Program-made: the position numbers and the translations under genes
Notes under the pieces: model-generated
What the model was told of the DNA's origin: nothing
The model's database searches: none
The model's input: the letters and a program-made list of their open reading frames with translations, nothing else
NCBI GenBank assembly: GCA_030265395.1
Contig: JARFYF010000054.1
Coordinates: 15,064,359 to 15,128,318, forward strand
Direction: 5' to 3'
DNA: 63,960 nt
From: Rhina ancylostomus
Taxonomy: Eukaryota
In this document: in pieces, positions 1 through 11,859 of the stretch
How positions within the stretch are numbered: position 1 is the stretch's first letter
How the letters are laid out: each line of letters opens with the position of its first letter

Positions 1-915
1 AATTCGAGCAACTTGGGATTGGGTGTAACATAGTGTTGTGTGTTGACATTTGGTTACATTTGGAATGAACAGGCCATTTTTCGGTTGCGATACTGTGACT
101 AATGGTGGTGGGATTGTGCTATGGCTCAGCTCACAATCTATATCATTTATTTGGATGAAGGGACCATGTGTCATATTTAAATTTGCTGAGGATCCAACAA
201 TGGGTAGCAGTGTGGATTGACAGTTCAGCCTATGTGCACGGTATATAACATGGAAAAATGTGAAGTCGTGCATTTTCATAGCAAAATAGGAAAGTGGAGT
301 GTTTTTTTAAATAGTGATACAATGAGAGGGACCAGGGTGATCTTGGGCAGGAATAGCTGAAAGTTAACATGCAAGTAATTAAGCACATTGGCTTTATTGC
401 AAGATAATTTGAGGACAAGAATAAAGACATTTTATTGGAAATATATGGGACCCAGGTGAGATTGCACCTGGAATATTATTTACAGGTCTGGTCTCACTAT
501 CTCAGAGGAGATGTATGCAGTATATGTGTGAGGCTGTCCAATGAAGGTTCCCCCGTTTAATTTCTAGGATTATGGCATCCAGCGATCCTCCTATGAGAAG
601 AAATTATACTGACAGGGCCTCTTACTCTCTCATGAGTTAAACAGAATAACAGACAATCTCATTGAAACATACACAATTCTTCTGTGGTTTGATGGATAAA
701 TCCAGGGACGATGTTTCCTCTGGGTCTGGTGTCTAGAACTAGAGGTCAGTTTGTCAAAGTGTGGAGTCAACCAGTGCAGAAATGAGAAAAAACTTCTTCA
801 CCCAGGGAGTGTAGAGACTTAGCCCCTAAGGTCAAGCGAAATGAATGATATGATATTGGTGCAGGAAGTGGTGTTGAGGTAAAAAATCAGGTGTGATCTT
901 ATTGAATGGTCTTCT
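1..915 (+). mobile_element. CR1-type LINE relic (ORF2 RT end and 3' region), degenerate
   Basis: aaatttgctgaggatcc resembles a decayed KFADD; cacctggaatattatttacaggtctggtctc resembles PHLEYCVQFWSP; CR1-like tail; many stops. Confidence 0.7.
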
Positions 916-1681
916 CCAGAATCTGTTTCACATTGATATTATTTCTGTAAAGCATTCACTCAGTGTATATTTGGCCTATCCTGTACAGGGAAGATCACAT
1001 TGTGAGGAACAAATGCAGTATAGTAAGCTGAAGTAAATACAAGTAAAAGTTAACTTGAAGGTTTAAGATTGTTTCTTTGATATGGTAGATTTGCCAGTAA
1101 ATGTGTGTGAGAAAGATGTGAGGAAATGTGTAATTTACTTTTTGATCTGAGGAACATCATTGTAGTATNNNNNNNNNNNNNNNNNNNNNNNNNNNNNNNN
1201 NNNNNNNNNNNNNNNNNNNNNNNNNNNNNNNNNNNNNNNNNNNNNNNNNNNNNNNNNNNNNNNNNNNNNNNNNNNNNNNNNNNNNNNNNNNNNNNNNNNN
1301 NNNNNNNNNNNNNNNNNNNNNNNNNNNNNNNNNNNNNNNNNNNNNNNNNNNNTCCTTTTGTGGTTTTCTGCATTAAGTAGTTGACCCTTTAGTTTCTTTG
1401 AATATAACAATGCCCCACCATATTTATAGCCCTGAAGATTCAACAAATTATATGGCCCAAAAATGGGTTAAATTTGACCCAAATGATGAAACAGAATGTT
1501 CTGGCCAACAATAAAATAGGTGGTAACCCAATTGTCTTAGATAATTAAAAAAAAGATCAATGCAATAACTTGTATTAAAAACTTCTATGGTGTTGCATCT
1601 TTGTCAGGGATGACAAGAAGTCTAGCCTTAACCTTACCATCGACTAATTTGGCATTCCTTATCCTTTATATCCAATTACAG

Positions 1682-1769
1682 GTGAAGACTGAGGAGCAGA
1701 TCGCTGCAGAGCAAGCATGGTTTGAAGCAGATAAGGTGTGGCTGGTCCACAAAGATGGATTTTCATTAG
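1682..1769 (+). CDS. MYO18A: MYO18A E1 ([29 protein letters not shown])
   Basis: ttacag acceptor, G|gtaatt donor, 88 nt, phase 0 to 1. Confidence 0.95.
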
Positions 1770-1829
1770 GTAATTATAAATGGAAATTTTTGTTCCTTAT
1801 TGATTCTGTGTAAATTGTGCATTATTCTT

Positions 1830-2425
1830 GAAATAATGAAAAATGGGAGTCGGGAAACTGGGAGTGAAGCAGGGTAAAGAGGGGCACAGAATGCATGTTG
1901 GGTTTAAACCTTAGAGTCAGCATGGTAAGTCTCAGAGAAAGGGTAGTCATTGCAGTGGCAGGGTGATGAGAAGGACACAGAGAACTTAGTCTCCGGAAAA
2001 CTGAGGATTCAGCCACAGGATGTCCAGCTAAAAAAAAAAGCATTCAAGTCATTGGTTAAGAGGGTATCATGAAATGGGAAACACATTCAGATAGACAATG
2101 TGCAAAAATGTGGGGATTGAAATTAGCCAGGCAGGAAGAGTGCTTTTCACAGGATACATCGTCAGTGGAAGAGAAGTTGATGAGTAGCAAGGAAAAGAAG
2201 GCTGGTAGCAGGGTCCTTTGGAAGGGTGTTTGGTGGAATGGGGCATGTTGAAATATGGACAGCCAACTGGTGTAAAGGATATTGAGGAAGAGAAATTCAT
2301 TTCTGTGGGGAAGAAGGAAAAGAAATGGGGAGAGGCAGCAAAGGAGGATGGTGGAATGACAAGGAAGGTAATTTCAAGTCAATGCTTTTGGAGCACAGGA
2401 AAGGGTTGGGCCAAATGTTGAAAAT
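1830..2425 (-). mobile_element. Old L2-like LINE relic
   Basis: Purine-rich degenerate segment resembling the other antisense L2-like fragments (59500-60150); boundaries approximate. Confidence 0.45.
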
Positions 2426-3951
2426 TTATTCTGCAATCAATTATATTATTACTGAATGTTTTTCTACTAAATTTTCTATTTAAGTACTCATGTGTTGCAT
2501 TAACTGTGACTTTATTTTGCTTAAACTGTTAGCACATCTCTGAACTTAAGTTCTGCTGTTATTAGAGGCATTTTTCAGCTGATTGTGTTGAAACTTTAAC
2601 AAATGGTTGAGCTGTAAATGGCAAAGTTGTATTAGGTACCTCATTTTAACAATTCACATGCTTCTAATTTCTGCTTTGAGTAGTGAGCATTTGAGCTTCC
2701 TTGAATATAATACACTAAATACTGTATTCAAGGACATATTTATGCACATGCAATGGCAGTGGTATCAAATGGCAGGCAACACAGGCTTGCTTTGACATTA
2801 GGTTAAAGGGTACCATGGCTTCCTGGCCTGTTGCTAAGGTGTTCTTTGGTGATCATCTGGCAGGGGTAGGTTTTTAAACTGTTCTGTTTCGCATTCTGTC
2901 CCATTACTCTTTCTTGTTGCTGATCTCATGCCAGACTCCCACACCCTTGGACCTCAGTCTAACTTTATGTCTGACCCAATATACTACTGCCCTCCTACCA
3001 CTTCATCTTTTTCTCCAACCAGCCCTGCCAACAAATACCAGACTTGTCCCTCACCATCATCTCCCTTGACTCTTGGTCTGCTCTCATCAGTACAATGTGC
3101 ACGATAGAATAGATATTGTGAGCATAAGATATTCTTTCCTCTAAAGTCTCTTCTCATCCCCGAACAATCCCAAACACTTAAAAAGATGGAGGAAGAAAGA
3201 CACGTACAGTCAATTGTGCCACATGCATTGCCTTGGACTTAAAGCATTATGGGGCATTCAATCAAGGTTGTCTCTCAAAACTAGCAGAGGGCCCACTAAA
3301 ACAACATCACTGTACCATGCTTTTTTTGGCATTGAGGGACATTTAAAGTTATACAGCAGTGTTATTATCTCTTAAGTGGCTTAGCAACCACTCATTTGTA
3401 TCATTGGTAGATTGTTTCCACCATAAGGATTGTAGTGGTTCAAGAAGCTAGATTATCATCACCTTTTTTTAAGTGTAATTGGGGTTGAGCAATAACACCT
3501 GCCAGAAATACTCACATCCTTGAATTAAAAAAATGAAAATTCCAATGGATTAGAGGGTCACAGTTGCTCATGAAATACCTCAAATGTCTCAGACATCTGA
3601 TGAACTTGGTGGCTGGATGTGGTCAATGGCAGGTATTATGCACTATTTTTTTCTTGGGAAACCTTGACATTTTTTCTCATTACTGTATTAACCAGATGCA
3701 CTAATTGATAGACATTGTAAATTAATATCAATCATTTTGTTTGACTGTTTTCCACATCGAAGTACTTTGGCTCACTGATTTTTTTTATTCTAAACTAAAT
3801 TAGAATTTTAATTGAAGTTAGATTAGCTCCAGATATGCCTCTGTTACACAAGAAATTGTAACTAGTTACATTTTTAAATGTAAATGATATGGAAAATATT
3901 GCTTTTTTAACATTGCATGCAGAATGCTTAAGATCCTATTTGTTGTTGCAG

Positions 3952-4064
3952 CTGCTTGTTTAAAAACTGATGCTGCAGTCTCCAAACTCCCAGAAGGTAA
4001 AGTGAAAATTAAACTGGATCATGATCGAACAATTCTGGATGCAGATGAAGATGATGTGGAAAAG
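3952..4064 (+). CDS. MYO18A: MYO18A E2, SH3-like subdomain ([37 protein letters not shown])
   Basis: ttgcag acceptor; ends AAG|gcaagt (GC donor). 113 nt restores phase 0 for E3. Confidence 0.93.
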
Positions 4065-4820
4065 GCAAGTCTAATGCATCTTACTTAAATGACCACAGAA
4101 ATATATTGATTCTTTGTTATTATAACTCTGAAATAAATTTTATCATCCTTCGAAGTTTGGTCTCTAGTTACTTGAGTGCAAACTATTAAATATTACTGAA
4201 CATGTCTCAATCGATATAGTTATAACCAAAGACAGCAACATCTACATTAAAAAAATAATGATTTTTCAACAGGGTTCCACAAAGGCTTAGGCCATGATGT
4301 CCACTTGTTAAATCTGAGTCTCTGAGAGTATATTTGAAGTACAGTATTTCTAATGCCAATACTGATGACCCTCTTCCTGCAATAATTACAGTATTAGAAT
4401 GAACCTTTTCAATCATTTTACTAGTTTTAATTGGTTTAAAATTCACCAATACTCCTGTGCATACTTTGGAGGTCCTGAAGCCTTGACTCTATCAGTCTGG
4501 ACCCAAGTCTGCTCTCGGATTTTATTTCAGTGTCACAGCAGGCAAACTGAAGTGCTTTGTGTAGAGATCTTAATAGTCAAATTTAAAACAAGAGTCTTTC
4601 TGCATGAAGTACTCCCCTTACTTTTAAGGTTCTTCATATGAGAAGGAAAGTTCTGAAATTTTGCTTCAGCAACAGCAAGTTTGAGACAGAAATTTGCTGG
4701 TTTGCCACTGAAAATCCTCTTTGGCCACTTTTTTTTGGCACAAATCCTTTGATTTTTGATTTTTAATTGAAATGAAGTCTTGTATTCTTTACGTTTTATC
4801 CCATATGCTTCACTTAACAG

Positions 4821-4997
4821 GCCAATCCACCAACCTATGACCGAGTGGAAGATCTTGCTTCCTTGTTGTATCTCAATGAATCTAGTGTTCTGCACACAAT
4901 ACGCCAACGGTATGGAGGTAACCTAATCCACACATACGCAGGGTCAAATATGGTAGTGGTCAATCCACTCAGCTCTCCTTCAATGTACTCTGAGAAG
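4821..4997 (+). CDS. MYO18A: MYO18A E3 ([41 protein letters not shown]...YSEK)
   Basis: Myosin motor EDLxxLxxLNExSVL motif; aacag acceptor, gtatgt donor; 177 nt. Confidence 0.97.
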
Positions 4998-6366
4998 GTA
5001 TGTTATTAGTATTCTGGTATTGTGAATATTAAATATTAATGTATTTTGAACCATGGAATTTCAGTCGCACTCATTATAGAGATTCCTTCAATTCATTTCA
5101 GTGATTCTAACTTGGAATCAAAATAGTTTTGGCCAGTTGTATGATTATTATATGAAAGTCATATAACATACTGTCTAGGTTGTGTCTTTCTTTCAAAAAT
5201 TACCTGCAATTTAAATTTAAATTTTTTAAATAAAATTAAAAATTAAATTTAAATAAAAATAAAAAGCAATTTAAATAAAGTGATATGGTTTTTTTGCTGT
5301 AAAATACTTAATAAATAAGTAAGCAAAATGGAATAAGAGTTTTTTTCCAATCTTTTTGTGATATTGATGTCAAAATTAACTAATAAAATTGCACAAATAT
5401 TAATAATAGCCTAAAATGTAATTTTGTCTTTTAAATGTTCTTGGAAGTATTCAGTCTTTTCTAATGCTGATTCCCTTTGTGATATGTAAAACACTAAACT
5501 TTGACTGTTCAATTTAGAAGTTAATTTTTGCAGTTGTTTACATTGACAAAAGACAAATTGGAAGATCGGCTTATGCTCTGATCAGACCTCTTGACTATCT
5601 TTGAGAAGGAATACTAAATCTGGAAATCAATCCTGAACAAAAATAAATTAGATACTTCTAAATTTATTCAGAAACATCATCTGACATCATTTGGTTTACA
5701 TACATTTTACAGTGTATGTAAAGAATAACTTTACATATACTGCAGTTTGGAAATTGTATCCATCTTGTAATTGTGAATATCCTAAGCTGCATATTTTGTC
5801 AACATTTATTTGTATCAACAAATTTATTGATGGATGTAGTTCTTCATTTAATTGTCAGATACTATTTGATGTTGAAATTGGGCATTTCAGATTGCTAGTT
5901 TAGCAATAAACTGATCTGGTGGTGTTTGAAATACCAAGAGTTATGAATTGCTGTTATGCTTTTTTTTAAAACAAAAGACCACCAAGAAAACATCTCTGGA
6001 CCTTTTTTTAGAATCTTACCTGTGTTTTTCACATTAGAAAGTGCAAGCAGATGTGTGGGTTCATTTGAAATTCCCAAAATTCAGTAGCAAATTCCATGAA
6101 ATAAAGATGGAATAAAAAGCCAGAAACTAAACTTGCTCAATTGCTCCTGGGTCATGTTAGTTGAAAACACTAACATTTTTTTCCTTGTATTGTTACATAA
6201 ATGTTCACAAATAGATTTGCGTTCGTATTAGCTTATAATTACTTTCATTTTAAATAACTGGATGTGAAATGCGATCCATCAAAATACTGTAAAAACTTCT
6301 GACATCTTTTCTCATAAGTATAATTTAGTAATCTGTACAAAACTTTATCAAATATTCATGTTTTAG

Positions 6367-6577
6367 GTTATGCACATGTTTAAAGGATGTCGCAGAGAAG
6401 ATACCTCCCCACATGTGTACGCTATTGCACAAGCTGCCTACAGAAGTTTGCTAACTACCAGACAGGATCAATCCATTGTTCTTTTGGGCAGAAGTGGCAG
6501 TGGGAAAACTACAAACAGTCAGCATCTTGTTCAATATCTGGTTACAATTGCTGGGAGCACAGGGAAAATTGTGACTG
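6367..6577 (+). CDS. MYO18A: MYO18A E4, P-loop exon ([19 protein letters not shown]...GRSGSGKTT...)
   Basis: PHVYA and P-loop GRSGSGKT; ttttag acceptor, gtaaga donor; 211 nt. Confidence 0.98.
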
Positions 6578-7065
6578 GTAAGAAAAAAGTGTTTGACCTT
6601 TAGTATGCCTACATCTTGCATTTGCTTAATATTATAACATATGCATTTTAAATCCTCCATGGCCTATTTTCTGATTATCTGAAGACTCATAGAACCAAAA
6701 TTTGCTTTTTATTCAAAGGATAAAAGGAGTAATGTTGCATACATTAATATTGCATCAATACCCTTGTAAAATTGTTGAAATGATCNNNNNNNNNNNNNNN
6801 NNNNNNNNNNNNNNNNNNNNNNNNNNNNNNNNNNNNNNNNNNNNNNNNNNNNNNNNNNNNNNNNNNNNNNNNNNNNNNNNNNNNNAATACCCTTGTAACA
6901 TTGTTGAAATGATCATTAAGAGCAAAGTTCAAAATTACTAGTTTGATAATCCATAAGCAGCCTGTATGATTGTAGAAGGAAGACCATGCTATCTGACCAA
7001 CTTGATTTCTTTTGCTGTGAGGTGGTGACCTCTTGCAATACTGTAAAAACAGTTTGAGATAATGT

Positions 7066-7392
7066 CACAGAGTTACAGAGAGAGACAGTATGGAAACAGG
7101 CCCTTCGGCCCACTAAATCCACATCGACCATTAACCACTCTTTTACACTAATCCTACATTAATCCTTTTTTTATTCTTCCTACATTATCATCAACTCTCC
7201 CCACATTCTGCCACTCACCTATACACCAGAGGCAATCTTAGGGATGTGGGAGGAAAGTGAAGCACTCAGAGGAAATGCATGCATTCACAGCGCTAATGTG
7301 CAAACTCCGCATGGACACCACCCAAGGTCAGGATTGTAGACAGAATGTTGGTGGTGTGAGGCAACAACTTTGTTTGCTGCACCACTGTGCCA
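7066..7392 (-). mobile_element. tRNA-derived HE1/V-SINE-like SINE
   Basis: Reverse complement reads gtggcacagtggtgcagc...gcctcac...ggagtttgcac...ttcctcccacatcc...gggccgaagggcctgtttccatactgt (tRNA head, V-like core, CR1-like tail). Confidence 0.8.
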
Positions 7393-7571
7393 CAATGTTC
7401 TTTTTGGAATTTGGTCCAATGAACCAAAACAATACCAGGCAGAAGAAGCTCTGTATTTAAGATATTGTCTAATGAAATAATGATATTTTATATGGTTTTA
7501 TACCTCAAGACAGAAGAGACACATTTAAGTTCTGAGCAATTAATCTAAATTTTAACAATATAGTGATTTTA

Positions 7572-7930
7572 GCATGGTAGCAGAGCTAGTAGAGCTACTG
7601 CCTCACAGCACCAGCATCCCGGGTTCAATCTTGACCTCTGGTGCTGTCTGTGTGGAGTTTGTTTGCCTCCATGTGGCCATGTGGTTTTCCTCTAGGTACT
7701 CTAGTTTCCTCCCACATCCCAAAGGCGGGTTGATAGGTTCATTGGCCACTGTAAATTATCCCTAGTGTGTAAGCGTGTGGTAGAATCTACGGGGAGCAGG
7801 GGGGTGGGGATTGAGAGGGATGTGACAAGATTTTAAAAAATAGGATTAGTGTAGGATTTGTGTAAATGGGGGTTTGATGGTCGCATGTACTTAGTGGGGC
7901 CTGTTTCTGTGCTGTATGGTTCAATGACTG
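7572..7930 (+). mobile_element. tRNA-derived HE1/V-SINE-like SINE
   Basis: B-box-like gggttcaatc; core gtctgtgtggagtttg...ttcctcccacatcccaaag; tail ggcctgtttctgtgctgtatg. Confidence 0.8.
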
Positions 7931-8289
7931 TCGCCTCTTAGGCAGAAAATCATGGGTCTGAGTTCCATTTCAGGTACTCAAGAATAAAATCAAGCCTGAC
8001 ATTTCTCATTAAACATTAAACTAATTTATGTTTTCTCTCTTGAGTGAACATAAAAGATGCCCTGGTGTATTTTGCAAGATTCCCTGGGAGAGAACAAGAT
8101 TCGTTGCAGAAGAAATACATTGAACAATGTCAAGATAAGAACAACTTAGAAGGCGCTGCAAATGGACAGAACTTAGTGGGACAGAAATGTGCCACACGGT
8201 GCAGTGGCATTGCCACATGTCCTTCCTCATTCACAGCACCTGGACACTCCGGGCCTGGTGCACAGTGGAAATCACAGGGCTGGTTCTTA

Positions 8290-8552
8290 TCCCGCTGATA
8301 TCAGAGTCTTGAAAGGATCTCTCATACGCTAAAAGATGAACTCTTGATCTCCCACTCTACCTTGTCGTGGCCCTTGCACTTTGTCTGCCTACACTGCACT
8401 TTCTCTGTAACTGTAATGCGATATTCTGCATTCTGTTTTGTTGTTACCACCTCGATGTAGTTGTGTATGTTGTGATCTGTCTGGATGGCACACAAAGCAA
8501 AATCTTTTCACTGTATCTTGGTACATGTGACAATAATAAACCAACACCAATA
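8290..8552 (+). mobile_element. Rex1/Babar-type LINE 3' end
   Basis: ttcttatcccgctgatatcaga ORF end, then a 3' UTR ending cactgtatcttggtacatgtgacaataataaacc. Similar tails at 18920-19250 (-) and 38220-38470 (+). Confidence 0.65.
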
Positions 8553-8917
8553 CTTGGAGCAGAGGCTGTGCAGTTGCTGAGACCTTGGTATCCGTGGCTT
8601 GTACTTGTGAAGCTTTGAGTCACAGTCTGGTCCATTTTGAGTCCAATATCCAAGGTTCTGTGCATAACACCATTAGCTCAGGCCCTGAGCAGGCATTCAT
8701 GCCATACCATAAATACTTGTACAATCTCTAGCCACAAACAGGTGCAGCACCAAAGCAGTCCACAAAGCTATTGAGGGTGGCATCTTGTGGAAGGGGCTTT
8801 AAGCTGAAGACCCCTGTCAAAGGCCACGGACGGGGCATCATCGGAGGAAGAGCAGAGAGTCCCCACCAAATCCCTGGGGCCAATCTTTCAGCCAATGTCA
8901 ACTAAACCTGTACACTA

Positions 8918-9138
8918 CAGGTCCTCACAAGCTTATGAATGCCCGACTTAGGAACGAGGGTTTGGGAGACCGGCGGGAAGGATTTGCCAGCTACCATGGA
9001 GCTGCCGGCGGCTGTGGGACAGCAGGTATCTTCTTCTGGGTGGGAATTTGGTTCATGGCTGCATTACCGACTTGCGAACTGTCAGGGTTACAAACAGTCG
9101 ACAGGAATTGAACCCTGCTGTAACCTGGGAGGGACCTG
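8918..9138. mobile_element. Tc1/mariner (Tigger/pogo-like) MITE, 221 bp
   Basis: TA|CAGGTCC...GGACCTG|TA: imperfect terminal inverted repeats with TA target duplication; no ORF. Confidence 0.8.
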
Positions 9139-9469
9139 TATCTGCTAATTCTCATTAANNNNNNNNNNNNNNNNNNNNNNNNNNNNNNNNNNNNNNNNNN
9201 NNNNNNNNNNNNNNNNNNNNNNNNNNNNNNNNNNNNNNNNNNNNNNNNNNNNNNNNNNGGAGTTTCTTCCTTTCATGTGACCAATGTTTATTCTTTGGTC
9301 AATACCTTCTTCCTGTTATAGGCCTTGTTTTCTAGACATTGGTGACAGTGTAAATAGTTATTTACAAGATGAGCATTGCAGACCAATATGTTGTGTTGCC
9401 CTTTCCTGATTTGCATTGTAGGAGCTGGCAATGATTTACCAGCTTGAACTACTGCAATCTATATATGGA

Positions 9470-10385
9470 AGGGAACATAAAAAAGAGAAGCAGGAATAGG
9501 CTATTTGGCTCTTTGTGCCAACTCCATTTTTCAAGGAGATTGCAGCCGATCTCATACCTCACCTCTTTCCTGCATAAATCTTAAATCCCTTGTTTTCCCT
9601 AATATCTAAAAATCTAGTGATCACTATCTTGAATATACTCATGGCTGCCTTGGGTAGAGACTTCCAAAGATTCATGGGTGAAGAAATTTCTTCACAACTC
9701 TGTCCTGAATAGTTGAAAACCAATTTTTAGATGTGACCCCTGATTCTAGACACTTCAGCCAGGAGAAACATCACACTTATATTACAACAGAATTTGAGTA
9801 CAGGAGTAAAAATATTTATTGCAGTTATACAAGGCCTTGGTTGAAACTATACTCCATTATTTGGTCTCCTTTCCCTTTGTAAAAGGAAATACTTGTCAAA
9901 GAGGGAGTGCAATGAAGGTTCTCCAGATGGGTTCCTGGGTTACTGGATGAGGAGAGAGTAAATAGATTAGGACTATATTGTGTACAGATTATGAGAATGA
10001 CAGCTGATTTCATTGAAACTTAAAAAATTCTCACAGCTTCAGGAAGTGGATGTAGGGAGGACATTTCCTCTGCCGAAAAGTCTAGAACCAGGGCTCACAA
10101 TCACATAAGAAGTCAGCCTTTTGGGACTATGATGATGAGAAATTTCTTCATTTGAGGGTGGCAAATCTTTGGAATTCTCAACCCCAGAAGACTATGAAGA
10201 CAGAGTTCATTTAAAATGGAGATCAAAAGATACCTTGATATTCAGGAATCAAGGGATATGGGAATGTCGCCGGAAAATGGAGCTGAGGTAGAGGATCAGC
10301 TATGATCTGGGTAGATGGTAGAGAAAGCTCGAAGGTCCAGATGCTCCAATCCTGGTCCTGGTTCTCCTGGTCCTGGTTCTCATGT
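9470..10385. mobile_element. CR1 LINE fragments (antisense tail at about 9470-9770, sense ORF2 end and tail at about 9780-10385)
   Basis: ttatacaaggccttggtt...tggtctcct (LYKALV...WSP-like); CR1-like 3' UTR ending in ttc(t)tatg repeats. Confidence 0.75.
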
Positions 10386-11098
10386 TGTTACACACCATCG
10401 ACAATAGAAACACACCAAATATTTTATTAATAACTGCTTGTGATAATAAGAAAAGTAAAAACGTTAGATATCAAACATAATCCCCAGAACTAAACTAAAA
10501 GTGTGTGTGTGTGGCATATTCCCAAATCCCAAGTCTAGGAATAGTTCTCAAAGTTCACTTCAGCAAGTCATCAAGTGAAATGTAAGCAAAGGCTTTTGCA
10601 AAACCACCGACTGAAGAGAAAATGTAGAGAGAATGTAGAGAAATTACAACATCCACATGTTCCACGATGGAACCCATACAACATCTCAATCTCCAATGAT
10701 CTCCACTGCTTTGTTCCAAAGTCTCTGCCACCCCGAAGGTATTCGATATGTGGCTGCCCACAGAAACACCTGTTTTCCAATACTGGTTAACGACAAAGTA
10801 GACTCCACTTGATTGCTCCAAAAATCCATACATGGATTGTAGTGACAGACATAGCTATTTTTCTTCATCCATTGTTACGGGGTCAGTTGGTCCCTCCCTC
10901 CCTCCCTCCCTCCCTCCCTCCCTCCCTTTCTCCCTCCCTCCCTTTCTNNNNNNNNNNNNNNNNNNNNNNNNNNNNNNNNNNNNNNNNNNNNNNNNNNNNN
11001 NNNNNNNNNNNNNNNNNNNNNNNNNNNNNNNNNNNNNNNNNNNNNNNGTTCAAGTACCTTAAAGGGACATTCACCAAATAGCAACCTGACTCGTAACA
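10386..11098 (-). mobile_element. Solo LTR (Gypsy/ERV-like) with 4-bp TSD
   Basis: ATGT|TGTTAC...GTAACA|ATGT; interrupts the tail of a CR1; AATAAA on the minus strand near 10422; contains (CCCT)n and a gap. Confidence 0.75.
10892..10947 (+). repeat. (CCCT)n microsatellite running into a gap
   Basis: Direct reading of the sequence. Confidence 0.95.
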
Positions 11099-11716
11099 AT
11101 GTTCTTATGTTATACCATGCTTTTATCCTGTTAAACCCCCTAGAAGACACTCCTTAGTACCATTGAGGACTAAGTTCTCAAATGTTCTATGACATGAATT
11201 GGGTAAAGTAGGGTCATTGGGTTTGGATGAGCTGAGCAAAGCTAAATCATTTTCCACATCAGATTTTCTGACCTGGTCATTTCAGGGAATGATTTGCCTT
11301 GGGGCTTAGCATTTAGGTCCAATAGCAAATAGCATATGTTTTCATCCTTTATTGGCTTTGGATTTTCATGTGGAATTTATAGTTTGAGAATGACTAGTGG
11401 GATGATACCAGTGAGCTATTACTGTATACTTAGTCTGTACTAATTTTTCTCAATATGCATGATTCTCAATTGGCATGCATGATTTCAAATTACTTAGATC
11501 TACATTATGCATTAAACTTTTGCAGAATGGATGAAAATCTTATTCATAAGTTCCATAATACTAGCATTTTTAGGTAAAATAGGGAACCAGACACTTTGAA
11601 CTTACTTCAATAATTATTCAATGAATTTAAGTTATATCATGGTCGGTGGCAAATTAAATCACAGTATTACAACTTTTAAATTTTCTCTAATTTCTCTTGT
11701 GTTTTGGAATGTAAAG

Positions 11717-11859
11717 TTGAGAAATGGCAGGCAGTATATTCTGTTCTGGAAGCCTTCGGCAATAGCTCAACAAGTATGAATACCAATGCCACGCGTTTCT
11801 CGGAGATCATCTCACTTGACTTTGATCAGGCTGGTCAGGTGGCTTCAGCTTCCATACAG
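11717..11859 (+). CDS. MYO18A: MYO18A E5, switch-I exon ([28 protein letters not shown]...SASIQ)
   Basis: LEAFGN motif; aag acceptor, gtgaga donor; 143 nt restores phase 0. Confidence 0.96.

Noticed and set aside
6757-6915. Direct repeats flanking roughly 100-N gaps (also 53269-53430, 55678-55815, 59852-59991)
   Set aside because: Near-identical sequence on both sides of a standard-size gap is the signature of unmerged overlapping contig ends or haplotypes, not a biological array.
7572-7640. tRNA-like A/B boxes
   Set aside because: This is a SINE head continuing into core and tail; there is no complete cloverleaf, so it is not a tRNA gene.
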